This document shows, piece after piece, positions 9,782 through 18,732 of a DNA stretch of 64,000 nucleotides. The notes beneath the pieces are model-generated. The model was not told the DNA's origin and searched no databases. It saw only the letters and a program-made list of their open reading frames with translations. The position numbers and the translations under genes were made by a program. The DNA comes from Zophobihabitans entericus (GTDB taxonomy: Bacteria; Pseudomonadota; Gammaproteobacteria; Enterobacterales; Orbaceae), in assembly GCF_011745665.1 (NCBI RefSeq), contig NZ_CP050253.1, forward strand, positions 35,418-99,417, read 5' to 3'. How positions within the stretch are numbered: the first letter of the stretch is position 1; each line of letters starts with the position of its first letter.

Positions 9782-9964
9782 GCCATTAGCAATAGTATTA
9801 ATCACTTCGAGCGTAGGGTTTCTGACTCCACGCTCAATACCGCTAATATAGGTACGATCAAGTCCGCATTTATCTGCAAATGCTTCTTGTGACATACCAG
9901 CCTGTAAGCGAAGTTGTTTAACTCGCTGCCCGAAAAGGGACTTTATTTGATCTGCTCTTTTCAT
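9746..9964 (-). CDS. XRE-family HTH transcriptional repressor (72 aa), copy 2. It is a tandem paralog.
   Basis: HTH LRLQAGMSQEAFADKCGLDRTYISGIERGVRNPTLEVI. DNA is ~80% identical to 9174-9386, including the upstream operator. Confidence 0.8.
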   Translation of the reverse strand: MKRADQIKSLFGQRVKQLRLQAGMSQEAFADKCGLDRTYISGIERGVRNPTLEVINTIANGLNVKLDVLFQF

Positions 9965-9992
9965 GAGATCAGTATCAATTAATGATGCTTAT

Positions 9993-10015
9993 CAGACCAC
10001 GGACTATGAGTCACA
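9993..10015. promoter_or_regulatory. Second copy of the putative operator (cagaccacggactatgagtcaca), upstream of XRE copy 2.
   Basis: Near-identical to 9415-9437. Located 29 bp upstream of the XRE start. Confidence 0.5.
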
Positions 10016-10299
10016 AATAACTAATTGTTTTTAATCGCTCTCCTTAATTTTAAGCAGATTTATATGCTTAGAATTAAGGAGACAAATCCCTTAAATTAAT
10101 TTTTAAATTTCATTTTGAATTAATTCTCCTCACCCATTCATCACTTTGTTATCTTAATCATGCACAGAAAAATCACATGACCTGAAAGTGATGCAATAGC
10201 GGTCAATCCCTCTAGCTGTAAGTGTCTCTTGAAAGAACAGCATCACTAATGTGATTGGAGACCTCTTATACATAAACTCAATCAACAGGCGAATTCTGT

Positions 10300-10770
10300 C
10301 TGCTGATTCACATAACCACATTGCTTTTAGCAAATATGTACCCCGTGGTGGCTTCGCTACGTCTGGTGAATGCCGTTAAGACATAACCGGCGTGTGCGTT
10401 GCCACTGAACACGACACCAAGGCGTCACTTTTAAAAGCGGTTAGCGCGAAAAGTGACGCCGCATTCACACACCGTACAAACGCCCTTGTATTCACACTTG
10501 CGGCTAAGTATGCGATTTCTGACACACGCCATTTTGCGTTATTTCAACCATCAATCAATAAGGAGTAAAGCGAATCTGATATCGAGGCAGACATAAATGT
10601 CTGGAGGATGACTTGCGAAAGCAAGCGGCTGCACAGAGTGCACAACCGATACCTCACAACACCTCAACCATTGCCGCTCTGGCGTATCGGTATCATTCGT
10701 TGTATATGGCTGTTTAGCCATGTGTTATTTGCCGTACGCCAGAGAATCAATGTTTTAAGTGAGTAGATAA
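10300..10770. other. GC-rich (~50% against ~35% background), hairpin-rich non-coding block. It is a candidate structured ncRNA or a recombination/replication site.
   Basis: Stop codons occur in all frames. There is a 12-bp perfect stem GGCGTCACTTTT...AAAAGTGACGCC at 10421-10460. Palindrome CAGACATAAATGTCTG is at 10588-10603. Nested stems span 10681-10740. TTCACAC-like repeats are present. Confidence 0.35.
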
Positions 10771-10783
10771 TTAAAGGAGAGTT

Positions 10784-11659
10784 ATGGGAAGTTTAAAAGA
10801 CGAAATGACAAAACTGGCTTATCGGGCTGGTGGGAGCTTTAAAACAGTGAATGGCCGAATCACTATTGCTAAAAGATTGAGTGAGAATTTGTATAGACTA
10901 AATATACAAATACACCATGTTAAGCATTTGAAAGCCAAGCATGTTGTTAACTATATACAAGACCGTTTAACCCAAGGAATAGGTAAACGAACGCTGCAAA
11001 ATGAAATGGCGGCTATTCGTTCTATTCTGGTTCAGGCTGAACGGCATAAATTAGCAGAGTCGCCTATTCTGACTAATCAGGCTTTAGGGCTATCCCAAGC
11101 CAACAGAGACGGCACACATAAGGCTATTTCTGATAGACATTATGAACAAGTATTAATTCAGGCTGTGCAGATTAATAAAGGTTTTGCCTGCGCGCTGGAA
11201 CTCGCTTATCAGATGGGTTTGCGTTCTCAGGAAGCTGTTCAATGCTCACTGTCTTTAACAACATGGTTAACTATGTTAGAAAAAGAACAAACCCGATTAC
11301 CTGTGACGTTTGGCACAAAAGGCAGTAGACCACGAGAGACTCTGGTTCTCAATGCTGAGTTACTTAAACAGACTATCCAAAAAGCGCTAAGGGTAATGGA
11401 AGAACAAAAAGGTAAGTTGATTGATAAACCTGATTTAAAATCGGCTATGGCTTACTGGCGACGAACAGCCATAAAGGTAAATTTAAAAGGGGAATACTCC
11501 CCACATAGCTTACGCTATGCGTGGGCACAAAGGGCTTTACAGCATTACCAAGAAAAAGGCTTTAGTCATAAAGAATCATTGGCTTTAGTTTCTATGGATT
11601 TGGGGCATGGTGATGGGCGTGGGAGATATGTGGAGAGGGTTTATAATTTAATAAAATAA
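10784..11659 (+). CDS. Tyrosine-recombinase-fold protein (291 aa). It is the second recombinase-like gene in the island.
   Basis: Conserved recombinase boxes: GLRSQEA (box I Arg), HSLRYAWA (H-x-x-R box II), and LGHGDGRGRYVERVY (catalytic Tyr). Confidence 0.5.
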   Translation: MGSLKDEMTKLAYRAGGSFKTVNGRITIAKRLSENLYRLNIQIHHVKHLKAKHVVNYIQDRLTQGIGKRTLQNEMAAIRSILVQAERHKLAESPILTNQALGLSQANRDGTHKAISDRHYEQVLIQAVQINKGFACALELAYQMGLRSQEAVQCSLSLTTWLTMLEKEQTRLPVTFGTKGSRPRETLVLNAELLKQTIQKALRVMEEQKGKLIDKPDLKSAMAYWRRTAIKVNLKGEYSPHSLRYAWAQRALQHYQEKGFSHKESLALVSMDLGHGDGRGRYVERVYNLIK

Positions 11660-11791
11660 AATTTTATATATCAGATAATTAAAGAAATTAAGATCATTTT
11701 CCTTAAATATATACGATTAAATAAATTTCATGTAACTTATAACACCATAAGCTCAAATGTATACCGATTATCGTAATCAACACTGTATATA

Positions 11792-12571
11792 ATGCAAGCT
11801 TTTATTTTAGGCTTTGATAATTTCATTAACTATCTGTTTATTAAAATTTCAAAACAAGGGAATAAGATGAGAAAAATTATTGTGACAGATTTAACAAGAT
11901 TCTCCACCGATGAAAAGGTATGTATTGCAGCTATTGATATAAGCACAGGAGAATGTTTTCGTCCTATGCCATATATTAAAAGTGCTAAATGTAAAGCATT
12001 AAAAATACACCCAGGAGCAATCTTCGTTGGTGTTCTTGACTTTAAAAAACCTAAAGAAGCCCCTCATGTTGAAGATGCCAGTTATTCAAAATTAGGTTTT
12101 AGCCGAGCATGCAGTAGTGAGGAATTTAGAATGGTTCTAGAGAATTCTTTAACTAATTCAATCTCTAAAGGATTTGGTTTTACTTTTGAAAAAGGCCAAA
12201 AGCATATTCCTAGCAATCAAAAGGTTCATTGCTCAATAATTACAATTAAAATAAACCCAAAACAACTAAGTATTTTTGAAGATCAGTTTAAAGCAGGTAA
12301 AATCAAAGCCACCTTGATAGATAATGATGGGCAAGTATTTAGCTATCTACCCATAACTGATAGAGGTTTTCACGATTATGCTAAAAAGCACCAAGACAAT
12401 GGAAAACTAAATGAAATTACAGAGTTTATTTCTAATCAGGAGATTATTTACTTAAGGATTGGACTAAGCCGTGCTTATCAATCACCTAATGGTAAGAGTG
12501 GGTATTGGTTACAGATTAATGGTATTTATACATATCCTAATTTTCATGAGGAAATAAGAGCATATGACTAA
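11792..12571 (+). CDS. Hypothetical protein, first gene of a three-gene operon. The likely true start is 11867 (MRKIIVTDL..., 234 aa) with an AAGGGA RBS.
   Basis: No recognisable domains. It is translationally coupled to the downstream DUF488 gene by an ATGA overlap. Confidence 0.55.
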   Translation: MQAFILGFDNFINYLFIKISKQGNKMRKIIVTDLTRFSTDEKVCIAAIDISTGECFRPMPYIKSAKCKALKIHPGAIFVGVLDFKKPKEAPHVEDASYSKLGFSRACSSEEFRMVLENSLTNSISKGFGFTFEKGQKHIPSNQKVHCSIITIKINPKQLSIFEDQFKAGKIKATLIDNDGQVFSYLPITDRGFHDYAKKHQDNGKLNEITEFISNQEIIYLRIGLSRAYQSPNGKSGYWLQINGIYTYPNFHEEIRAYD

Positions 12572-13022
12572 AGAAATAGTAGCTAATATTTATACTATAG
12601 GATTTACAAAAAAAAGTGCTCAAACATTTTTTAATTTTATAAAATTATCAAATGTGGCTACTGTATTAGATGTACGACTAAATAATATTTCTCAACTAGC
12701 AGGATTTGCTAAAAAAGATGATCTTCAGTTTTTCCTGAAAGAACTCTGCAATACAAATTACATGCATTTACCTGAATTAGCCCCAACAAAAGAAATATTA
12801 AATCCTTATCAAAAAGGTGATATTTCTTGGCTTGCTTATGAAGATAAATTTCTAAATTTGATGGCTCAACGTAATGTGGAAAAATCAATATCTTCTAAGA
12901 TATTAGAGAATAGCTGTTTATTATGTAGTGAACATGAACCACATTTCTGTCATAGGCGGTTAGTTGTTGATTATTTAAATGAACATTCAAACCTTAAATT
13001 GAACGTTAGGCATTTATATTAA
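12564..13022 (+). CDS. DUF488-family protein (152 aa).
   Basis: Starts IYTIGFT... Has the C-terminal hallmark CLLCSEHEPHFCHRRLVVDYL, the C-x-E-x-x-P-x-x-CHR motif of DUF488 (YeaO-like). GAGGAAA RBS. Overlaps both neighbouring genes. Confidence 0.7.
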   Translation: MTKEIVANIYTIGFTKKSAQTFFNFIKLSNVATVLDVRLNNISQLAGFAKKDDLQFFLKELCNTNYMHLPELAPTKEILNPYQKGDISWLAYEDKFLNLMAQRNVEKSISSKILENSCLLCSEHEPHFCHRRLVVDYLNEHSNLKLNVRHLY

Positions 13023-13645
13023 TGAATAAAATTTTATTGCTTTACCCAAAATCATTTAAATGTTACTCAAAATTTTTTCGTAAAGTGGAAAAGATTATAA
13101 GTAAGTTAGACCTTGTGACTATATTATTTTTAGAGGATTCTAATAATTTTATTTCCAGATTATCAAAAGAAAGTATGCATATTAAGGAAATAAAAAAATT
13201 ATCAAATTGGTCAATAAATAATATCACACATGCAATTATTTTTGATGATGGTGAAGAGTTTCCAGAAGAGGTAAAACAGATAGAATCTTTAAATATTCCT
13301 CTTCGTTATATTAAAATCGCCATCACTCGGGTTGTAAATATAAAAAATGAAATTGAGTACACCTCAGAAAAAAGTACCTCTACATATGAATATATAGGCA
13401 GAGGATCTTATTGGGGAAATCCTTATTCAATCTATGAAGTAGAAGATCTAGATAAAGGAGAAACCCCTAGAGAAAATGTAATCAGAAAATTCAAATATGA
13501 TTTCGAACATGATTGCTTATTGAATCGAGATAAAAATAAAGTATATGAACTTGCTGGAAAACGTCTAGGTTGCTTTTGTAAACCTGAAGCTTGCCATGGT
13601 GATGTTATCGCTGATTTTTTAAACTCTTGGGATGATGAAAAGTAA
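13022..13645 (+). CDS. Two-domain protein (207 aa): an unknown N-terminal domain plus a C-terminal DUF4326 domain.
   Basis: Carries the DUF4326 signature motifs GNP (YWGNPYS) and CHG (CFCKPEACHGDVIADFL). The start codon overlaps the upstream stop (TAATG). Confidence 0.65.
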   Translation: MNKILLLYPKSFKCYSKFFRKVEKIISKLDLVTILFLEDSNNFISRLSKESMHIKEIKKLSNWSINNITHAIIFDDGEEFPEEVKQIESLNIPLRYIKIAITRVVNIKNEIEYTSEKSTSTYEYIGRGSYWGNPYSIYEVEDLDKGETPRENVIRKFKYDFEHDCLLNRDKNKVYELAGKRLGCFCKPEACHGDVIADFLNSWDDEK

Positions 13646-13729
13646 TTTTAAATTAATAGGATAAAATAAGCACAGTCTTGATTTTAGCTCCAGCTTGCCT
13701 TAGAGAGCACTTTTCAATATTAATTACAT

Positions 13730-14059
13730 TTATAATGTTATAACTATTTGATAACGACCACTCATTTTTTGTGACTTACCCCAAATTATTAATGCATTAT
13801 CACTTGTATTATATTCATAGGCTTGATAATCCCTTGATAAATCAAGATGAAAATTATCTGGGATCAATTCTCCACTTTCCATGAGCTGTATATTGCCACC
13901 ATGGTAGCCATTTCGGATAAACTTGACTGTTGTTTTTTCAAAAGCATTTCTAATTTTACTTTTGTAGTTAATAAATCCTTCAAATTCACAGTTTCCATAT
14001 GAATCTGTTCGTAGATTATTTTGGCTTATAAATTCAGTCATTGCTAATATTGATTTCAT
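13730..14059 (-). CDS. Hypothetical protein (109 aa) immediately downstream of the OLD-family nuclease gene.
   Basis: GAGGAAA Shine-Dalgarno 6 nt upstream of the ATG. Sits 36 bp after the OLD gene stop on the same strand. No recognisable domain. Confidence 0.5.
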   Translation of the reverse strand: MKSILAMTEFISQNNLRTDSYGNCEFEGFINYKSKIRNAFEKTTVKFIRNGYHGGNIQLMESGELIPDNFHLDLSRDYQAYEYNTSDNALIIWGKSQKMSGRYQIVITL

Positions 14060-14095
14060 TCATCTTTCCTCGTTGTAAGGGCATCTTATCCCAAC

Positions 14096-15745
14096 TTAAC
14101 TATCTAGTTTTTCAAGCTCACTAATATCTGTATATAACCCTGAATGAGAGTTATCAATAATAGAGCTTAAGGCATTTCGAAGAAGTTCATACTTAGGAGA
14201 TTCTTCAAAGTGGTCTGAATTTAAGTGTTTCATTAAATTATACGGTTTATCCTTAGATATTGACTCGTTAAAATAGAATCCCTCAAAATCTGGATAATGT
14301 ACAACGGTTTGAACTCTTCCCTCCGTTTGATCTGCTGCCTCTCTGATATTTATATTGATTGTTCTCATTGGGTTTTTACGTCCGCTTTTATCATACTCCG
14401 AGTCAAGATCATGGATAGCTATTGCTGTCGCTTTAAATTGATTAAATATCTTTATAAAAGATGGAATATTAGCCTTTCCTCTACAGTTAATTACACAATG
14501 AGAATCGTTTAAAGATAGTTTATCGATAAGATATTGATATGCTAAATATTCAGTATCACCTTCAACTAAAATAGATTTCTGATAAAAGAAAAATTCATTT
14601 ACTGTAGGGCAGCATCTATTCAGCATTTTTAAATTATCCTTTTCATCATCTGTGAAATTGGCTTTATCTGTTTGAAAGTAATAGATTTTATCAGGGCTAT
14701 TAGACACTTTAATGAGAGTGGTGTGATTTTGTGCTAAATCGATAAATATTGGAGAGTGTGTAGTACAAATAATTTGCCAGCCGTCAACTTCAGCTAGTGC
14801 GTAAATTGCTTTTCGTGCAGCTTTTATAACTGCTGGATGCAAGTTTATTTCAGGTTCATCAATTAATAATATTTTCGGTTTATCACTACTTATCAATTTC
14901 TTACTTTGAATAAATAAATTTTCACTACATAAAGCATTTATTGCTGACCACAAAAATGCTCTCTGAACACCAGATCCTTGACTGGATAGGGACGTTGAAC
15001 ACCCATTACTTTGTATATTGAATTTACTTCCGTCTTTAATTATATCTTCTGTTTTTAACTTCCCAACACCGCAATCAAATGAAACAGAAATACCAGAAAA
15101 AACTTTATTTAACTCACTTTGAATTTTTTCATTAACTTGAGAAATATTACCAGATAGCTCTACTTTGACTTCTTGAGCCAGATCTTCAATTTTTTCAATA
15201 ATATTTGCTAATTTAGAATTATCATTTTTGAGTTTCTCTGACACTTTTTTAGACACTAGATCTTTTACAATCTTTTCTAGGGAGTCGTAATCGTCATTGG
15301 GGTTGATTCTTATTGGAGTTGGTAACCGACTTTGTAATAATGTATCCCAACCTCCAGCCCCTCCTTTTTTCCAATCATTAGTATCTTTACTGAAACTATA
15401 TTTTTGTCCTTTTTCATTAGGTGCTTCCCAACGGACTTGAAACTTAGCACAAGTTCCAAAATTAGGATCATTAGCTAAAACCCACTCTTGACCAATTGTT
15501 TTTTGATCTTCTTCTGTAATATCAACAAAAACACCAGTAATCAAGATAGTATTACTACTATCTTGATTATGAAAATATTCTATACTTAATGCCGACCCCA
15601 TTGATACATACGCTTCGTATGCGTCCAGAATTGTAGACTTACAGCAATTATTTGGTCCAATCAAAACAACAATGTTATCCATCAAAATTGTTACTTCGTC
15701 GGAGATTCCTTTAAAATTAGAAATTAATAATGCAGCAAGTTTCAT
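14096..15745 (-). CDS. OLD-family (overcoming lysogenization defect) ATP-dependent nuclease. It has an ABC-type ATPase (AAA_15/21) plus a C-terminal Toprim domain, and is a class-1 OLD or PARIS-like single-gene form.
   Basis: Walker A is GPNNCCKST, ABC signature is SQGSGVQRAF, Walker B is ILLIDEPEINLHP, and the H-loop is TTHSP. Toprim motifs are ILVEGDTEYLAY and IAIHDLDSEYD. Size (549 aa) matches P2 Old. Confidence 0.8.
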   Translation of the reverse strand: MKLAALLISNFKGISDEVTILMDNIVVLIGPNNCCKSTILDAYEAYVSMGSALSIEYFHNQDSSNTILITGVFVDITEEDQKTIGQEWVLANDPNFGTCAKFQVRWEAPNEKGQKYSFSKDTNDWKKGGAGGWDTLLQSRLPTPIRINPNDDYDSLEKIVKDLVSKKVSEKLKNDNSKLANIIEKIEDLAQEVKVELSGNISQVNEKIQSELNKVFSGISVSFDCGVGKLKTEDIIKDGSKFNIQSNGCSTSLSSQGSGVQRAFLWSAINALCSENLFIQSKKLISSDKPKILLIDEPEINLHPAVIKAARKAIYALAEVDGWQIICTTHSPIFIDLAQNHTTLIKVSNSPDKIYYFQTDKANFTDDEKDNLKMLNRCCPTVNEFFFYQKSILVEGDTEYLAYQYLIDKLSLNDSHCVINCRGKANIPSFIKIFNQFKATAIAIHDLDSEYDKSGRKNPMRTININIREAADQTEGRVQTVVHYPDFEGFYFNESISKDKPYNLMKHLNSDHFEESPKYELLRNALSSIIDNSHSGLYTDISELEKLDS

Positions 15746-15814
15746 TTGGTATCCCTATGAATAAATGTATTATCTAAACAGTATAATAACATGAAGTTTT
15801 TATACTGTTATAAT

Positions 15815-17071
15815 TTATTCAAACTCATAAGGCGCAACAAACCCAACTTTGTTTGCGTCTAAATAATCAGCCCACCATTGCATCATGCGTTTACGCTCAT
15901 CAATAAACTGTGCCTTGTGAATATAAGCAGCTCTGACGCTGTTACGCTCTTGATGGCTCATTTGTCTTTCTATCGCATCTGTTGACCACTGCCCTGACTC
16001 ATTCAGTGCACCACAAGCAATAGTCCTTAAACCATGCCCGCAAATCTCAGTTTGAGTGTCATAACCCAATCTACGCAATGCCTGATTAATCGTATTTTCA
16101 CTCAATGGTCTGTGCGGTCTGCCCAAACAAGGAAAGATCAATTCATTCTCACCTGTCATTTCCTGTACTTCCCTAAACAAGCTCACCGCCTGAGTTGATA
16201 AAGGTACTAAATACTCACTCATCTTTGCGCCACGGTAAGAATATCGAACACCTTCAAGTGGCTCTCTGTTATCTGGAATAATCCACATAGCACGCTCGAG
16301 ATCGATCTCATTCCAACGGGCAAGGCGTAATTCACTTGAACGAACAAACAGGTAAATATTGAGTTTTAGCGCTAATAAGGTGAGTTGTCTGGCTCTGCCT
16401 TGACTATATAGATCGATACGCTCAAAAAGCTCAGGCAAACGCTCTAATGGTAAGGCTGGATAATGCTTTTTCTTTGGTGACTGAACAGCCCCTTGCAGAT
16501 CGAGCGCTGGGTTATATTCAATAATTCCATTTTGCAGAGCATAACGCATAATAGAAGTTAGACAGTATTTCAGGCGAATAACCGTATCAAGATAACCCTT
16601 TCTTTCAACCGCTTTCAAAGCCAGAAGAAGATCCTGAGTTTTTAAGCTCACCACTAGGCGATTTTTTAATACAGGAAAAAGGTAGGTTTCAATTGCCCGA
16701 ACAATGGAATGTGAATAACTTTCAGACCAACCCGATAATTTACCCTGATAAATCCACCATGATCGCGCAGTTTCTTCAAAGCGTTTACCCACTTGTCGAG
16801 CTACTTTTTCTTTTTGTTTTTCAGCTCCGGGATCAATAGATTGGCTGAGTAAGGTTTTAGCCTCTTCACATAGTTTACGTGCGGCAGATAAGGAAACTGT
16901 TGGATAAGCACCATAAGCAAGGCGTTTTTCTTTTCCATCAAAACGGTACTTCTGATACCAGAGTTTCGAACCAGAGGGGTTGATTATAATGTGCAGTCCA
17001 AAACCGTCACTGAGTTTATAGGGCTTGCTTCGAGGCTTGGCATTACGGATAGCAACGTCTGTTAGCGCCAT
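15815..17071 (-). CDS. int: P4-type tyrosine integrase (site-specific recombinase). The probable start is at 17071 (MALTDVAIRNAKP...). The ORF track extends it to 17137.
   Basis: N-terminal DUF4102-like arm-binding region (ALTDVAIRNAKPRSKPYKLSDGFGLHIIINPSGSKLWYQKYRF). C-terminal catalytic domain (…HGLRTIACGAL…, Y in …SVRAAYIHK). AGGAG RBS. Adjacent to the tRNA-Pro 3' end. Confidence 0.9.
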   Translation of the reverse strand: MALTDVAIRNAKPRSKPYKLSDGFGLHIIINPSGSKLWYQKYRFDGKEKRLAYGAYPTVSLSAARKLCEEAKTLLSQSIDPGAEKQKEKVARQVGKRFEETARSWWIYQGKLSGWSESYSHSIVRAIETYLFPVLKNRLVVSLKTQDLLLALKAVERKGYLDTVIRLKYCLTSIMRYALQNGIIEYNPALDLQGAVQSPKKKHYPALPLERLPELFERIDLYSQGRARQLTLLALKLNIYLFVRSSELRLARWNEIDLERAMWIIPDNREPLEGVRYSYRGAKMSEYLVPLSTQAVSLFREVQEMTGENELIFPCLGRPHRPLSENTINQALRRLGYDTQTEICGHGLRTIACGALNESGQWSTDAIERQMSHQERNSVRAAYIHKAQFIDERKRMMQWWADYLDANKVGFVAPYEFE

Positions 17072-17102
17072 TGGGGGTCTCCTGAAAATTGGGCTGTAAA
17101 GA

Positions 17103-17120
17103 CCCCCAATTAAACCCCCA
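17103..17120 (+). repeat. Copy 3 of the CCCCCAATTAAACCCCCA motif. It lies ~32 bp upstream of the integrase start, inside attR.
   Basis: Exact 18-mer identical to 8773-8790. Confidence 0.7.
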
Positions 17121-17230
17121 CATAGTGTGGCTGTCAAAGGTAGTTCATGGACTTTATAGGACGAAGAAGATTTGTAACTTGTTGATTTTTTTTAATCTAA
17201 GGACTTCGCTGGAAGTCCTCGGAAGAGAAT

Positions 17231-17307
17231 TGGTCGGCGAGAGAGGATTCGAACCTCCGACCCACTGGTCCCAAACCAGTTGCGCTACCAAGCTGCGCTA
17301 CTCGCCG
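17231..17307 (-). tRNA. tRNA-Pro (anticodon UGG).
   Basis: The reverse complement folds as a canonical cloverleaf: acceptor CGGCGAG/CTCGCCG, D-stem GCGC, anticodon loop TTTGGGA, T-loop TTCGAAT, 3' ACCA. It is identical to the E. coli proM-type sequence. Confidence 0.95.
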
Positions 17308-17361
17308 TTAGGATGCGAATAATACTGCTCCGGATGGCAAGTGTCAAGGGGGATAGAGAAA

Positions 17362-18558
<1,197 letters not shown>

Positions 18559-18732
18559 TTATATCACAACGTTTTTAATGTATCCCTATGATTTTATTCA
18601 ATAATAATCTGATATCTTGAATATAATCTAAGATAAGCTTTTAATTATGATAGTATAACTATCAAGGGCGCTAGTCTAACGTGACAAGTTACAGACAGCA
18701 AGCCAAAATCTTTATTTATCTGCGGGCAATTT

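Larger units (their letters stand above)
9039..17230. mobile_element. Integrative genomic island (~8.2 kb) inserted at tRNA-Pro(UGG). It has a P4-type integrase at the tRNA-proximal end and defence-type cargo. It may be satellite- or PICI-like.
   Basis: Direct repeats of the tRNA 3' end at both boundaries. The integrase is adjacent to the tRNA. Cargo is an OLD-family nuclease, XRE and Ner regulators, a second recombinase-like gene, and the DUF488/DUF4326 operon. Core genes flank it on both sides (autotransporter and tgt). Confidence 0.7.

Noticed and set aside
10784-11659. Possibility that the 291-aa recombinase-like gene plus downstream genes form an integron (intI plus cassettes).
   Set aside because: The gene is co-directional with the downstream ORFs rather than divergent. 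No attC-like sites follow the ORFs. The box motifs do not match IntI signatures.
15815-17137. Long form of the integrase ORF (440 aa, starting MTATLCGGLIGG…).
   Set aside because: The N-terminal 22 residues translate the CCCCCAATTAAACCCCCA repeat. A strong AGGAG RBS precedes the internal ATG at 17071, which gives the canonical P4-Int start MALTDVAIRNAKP.
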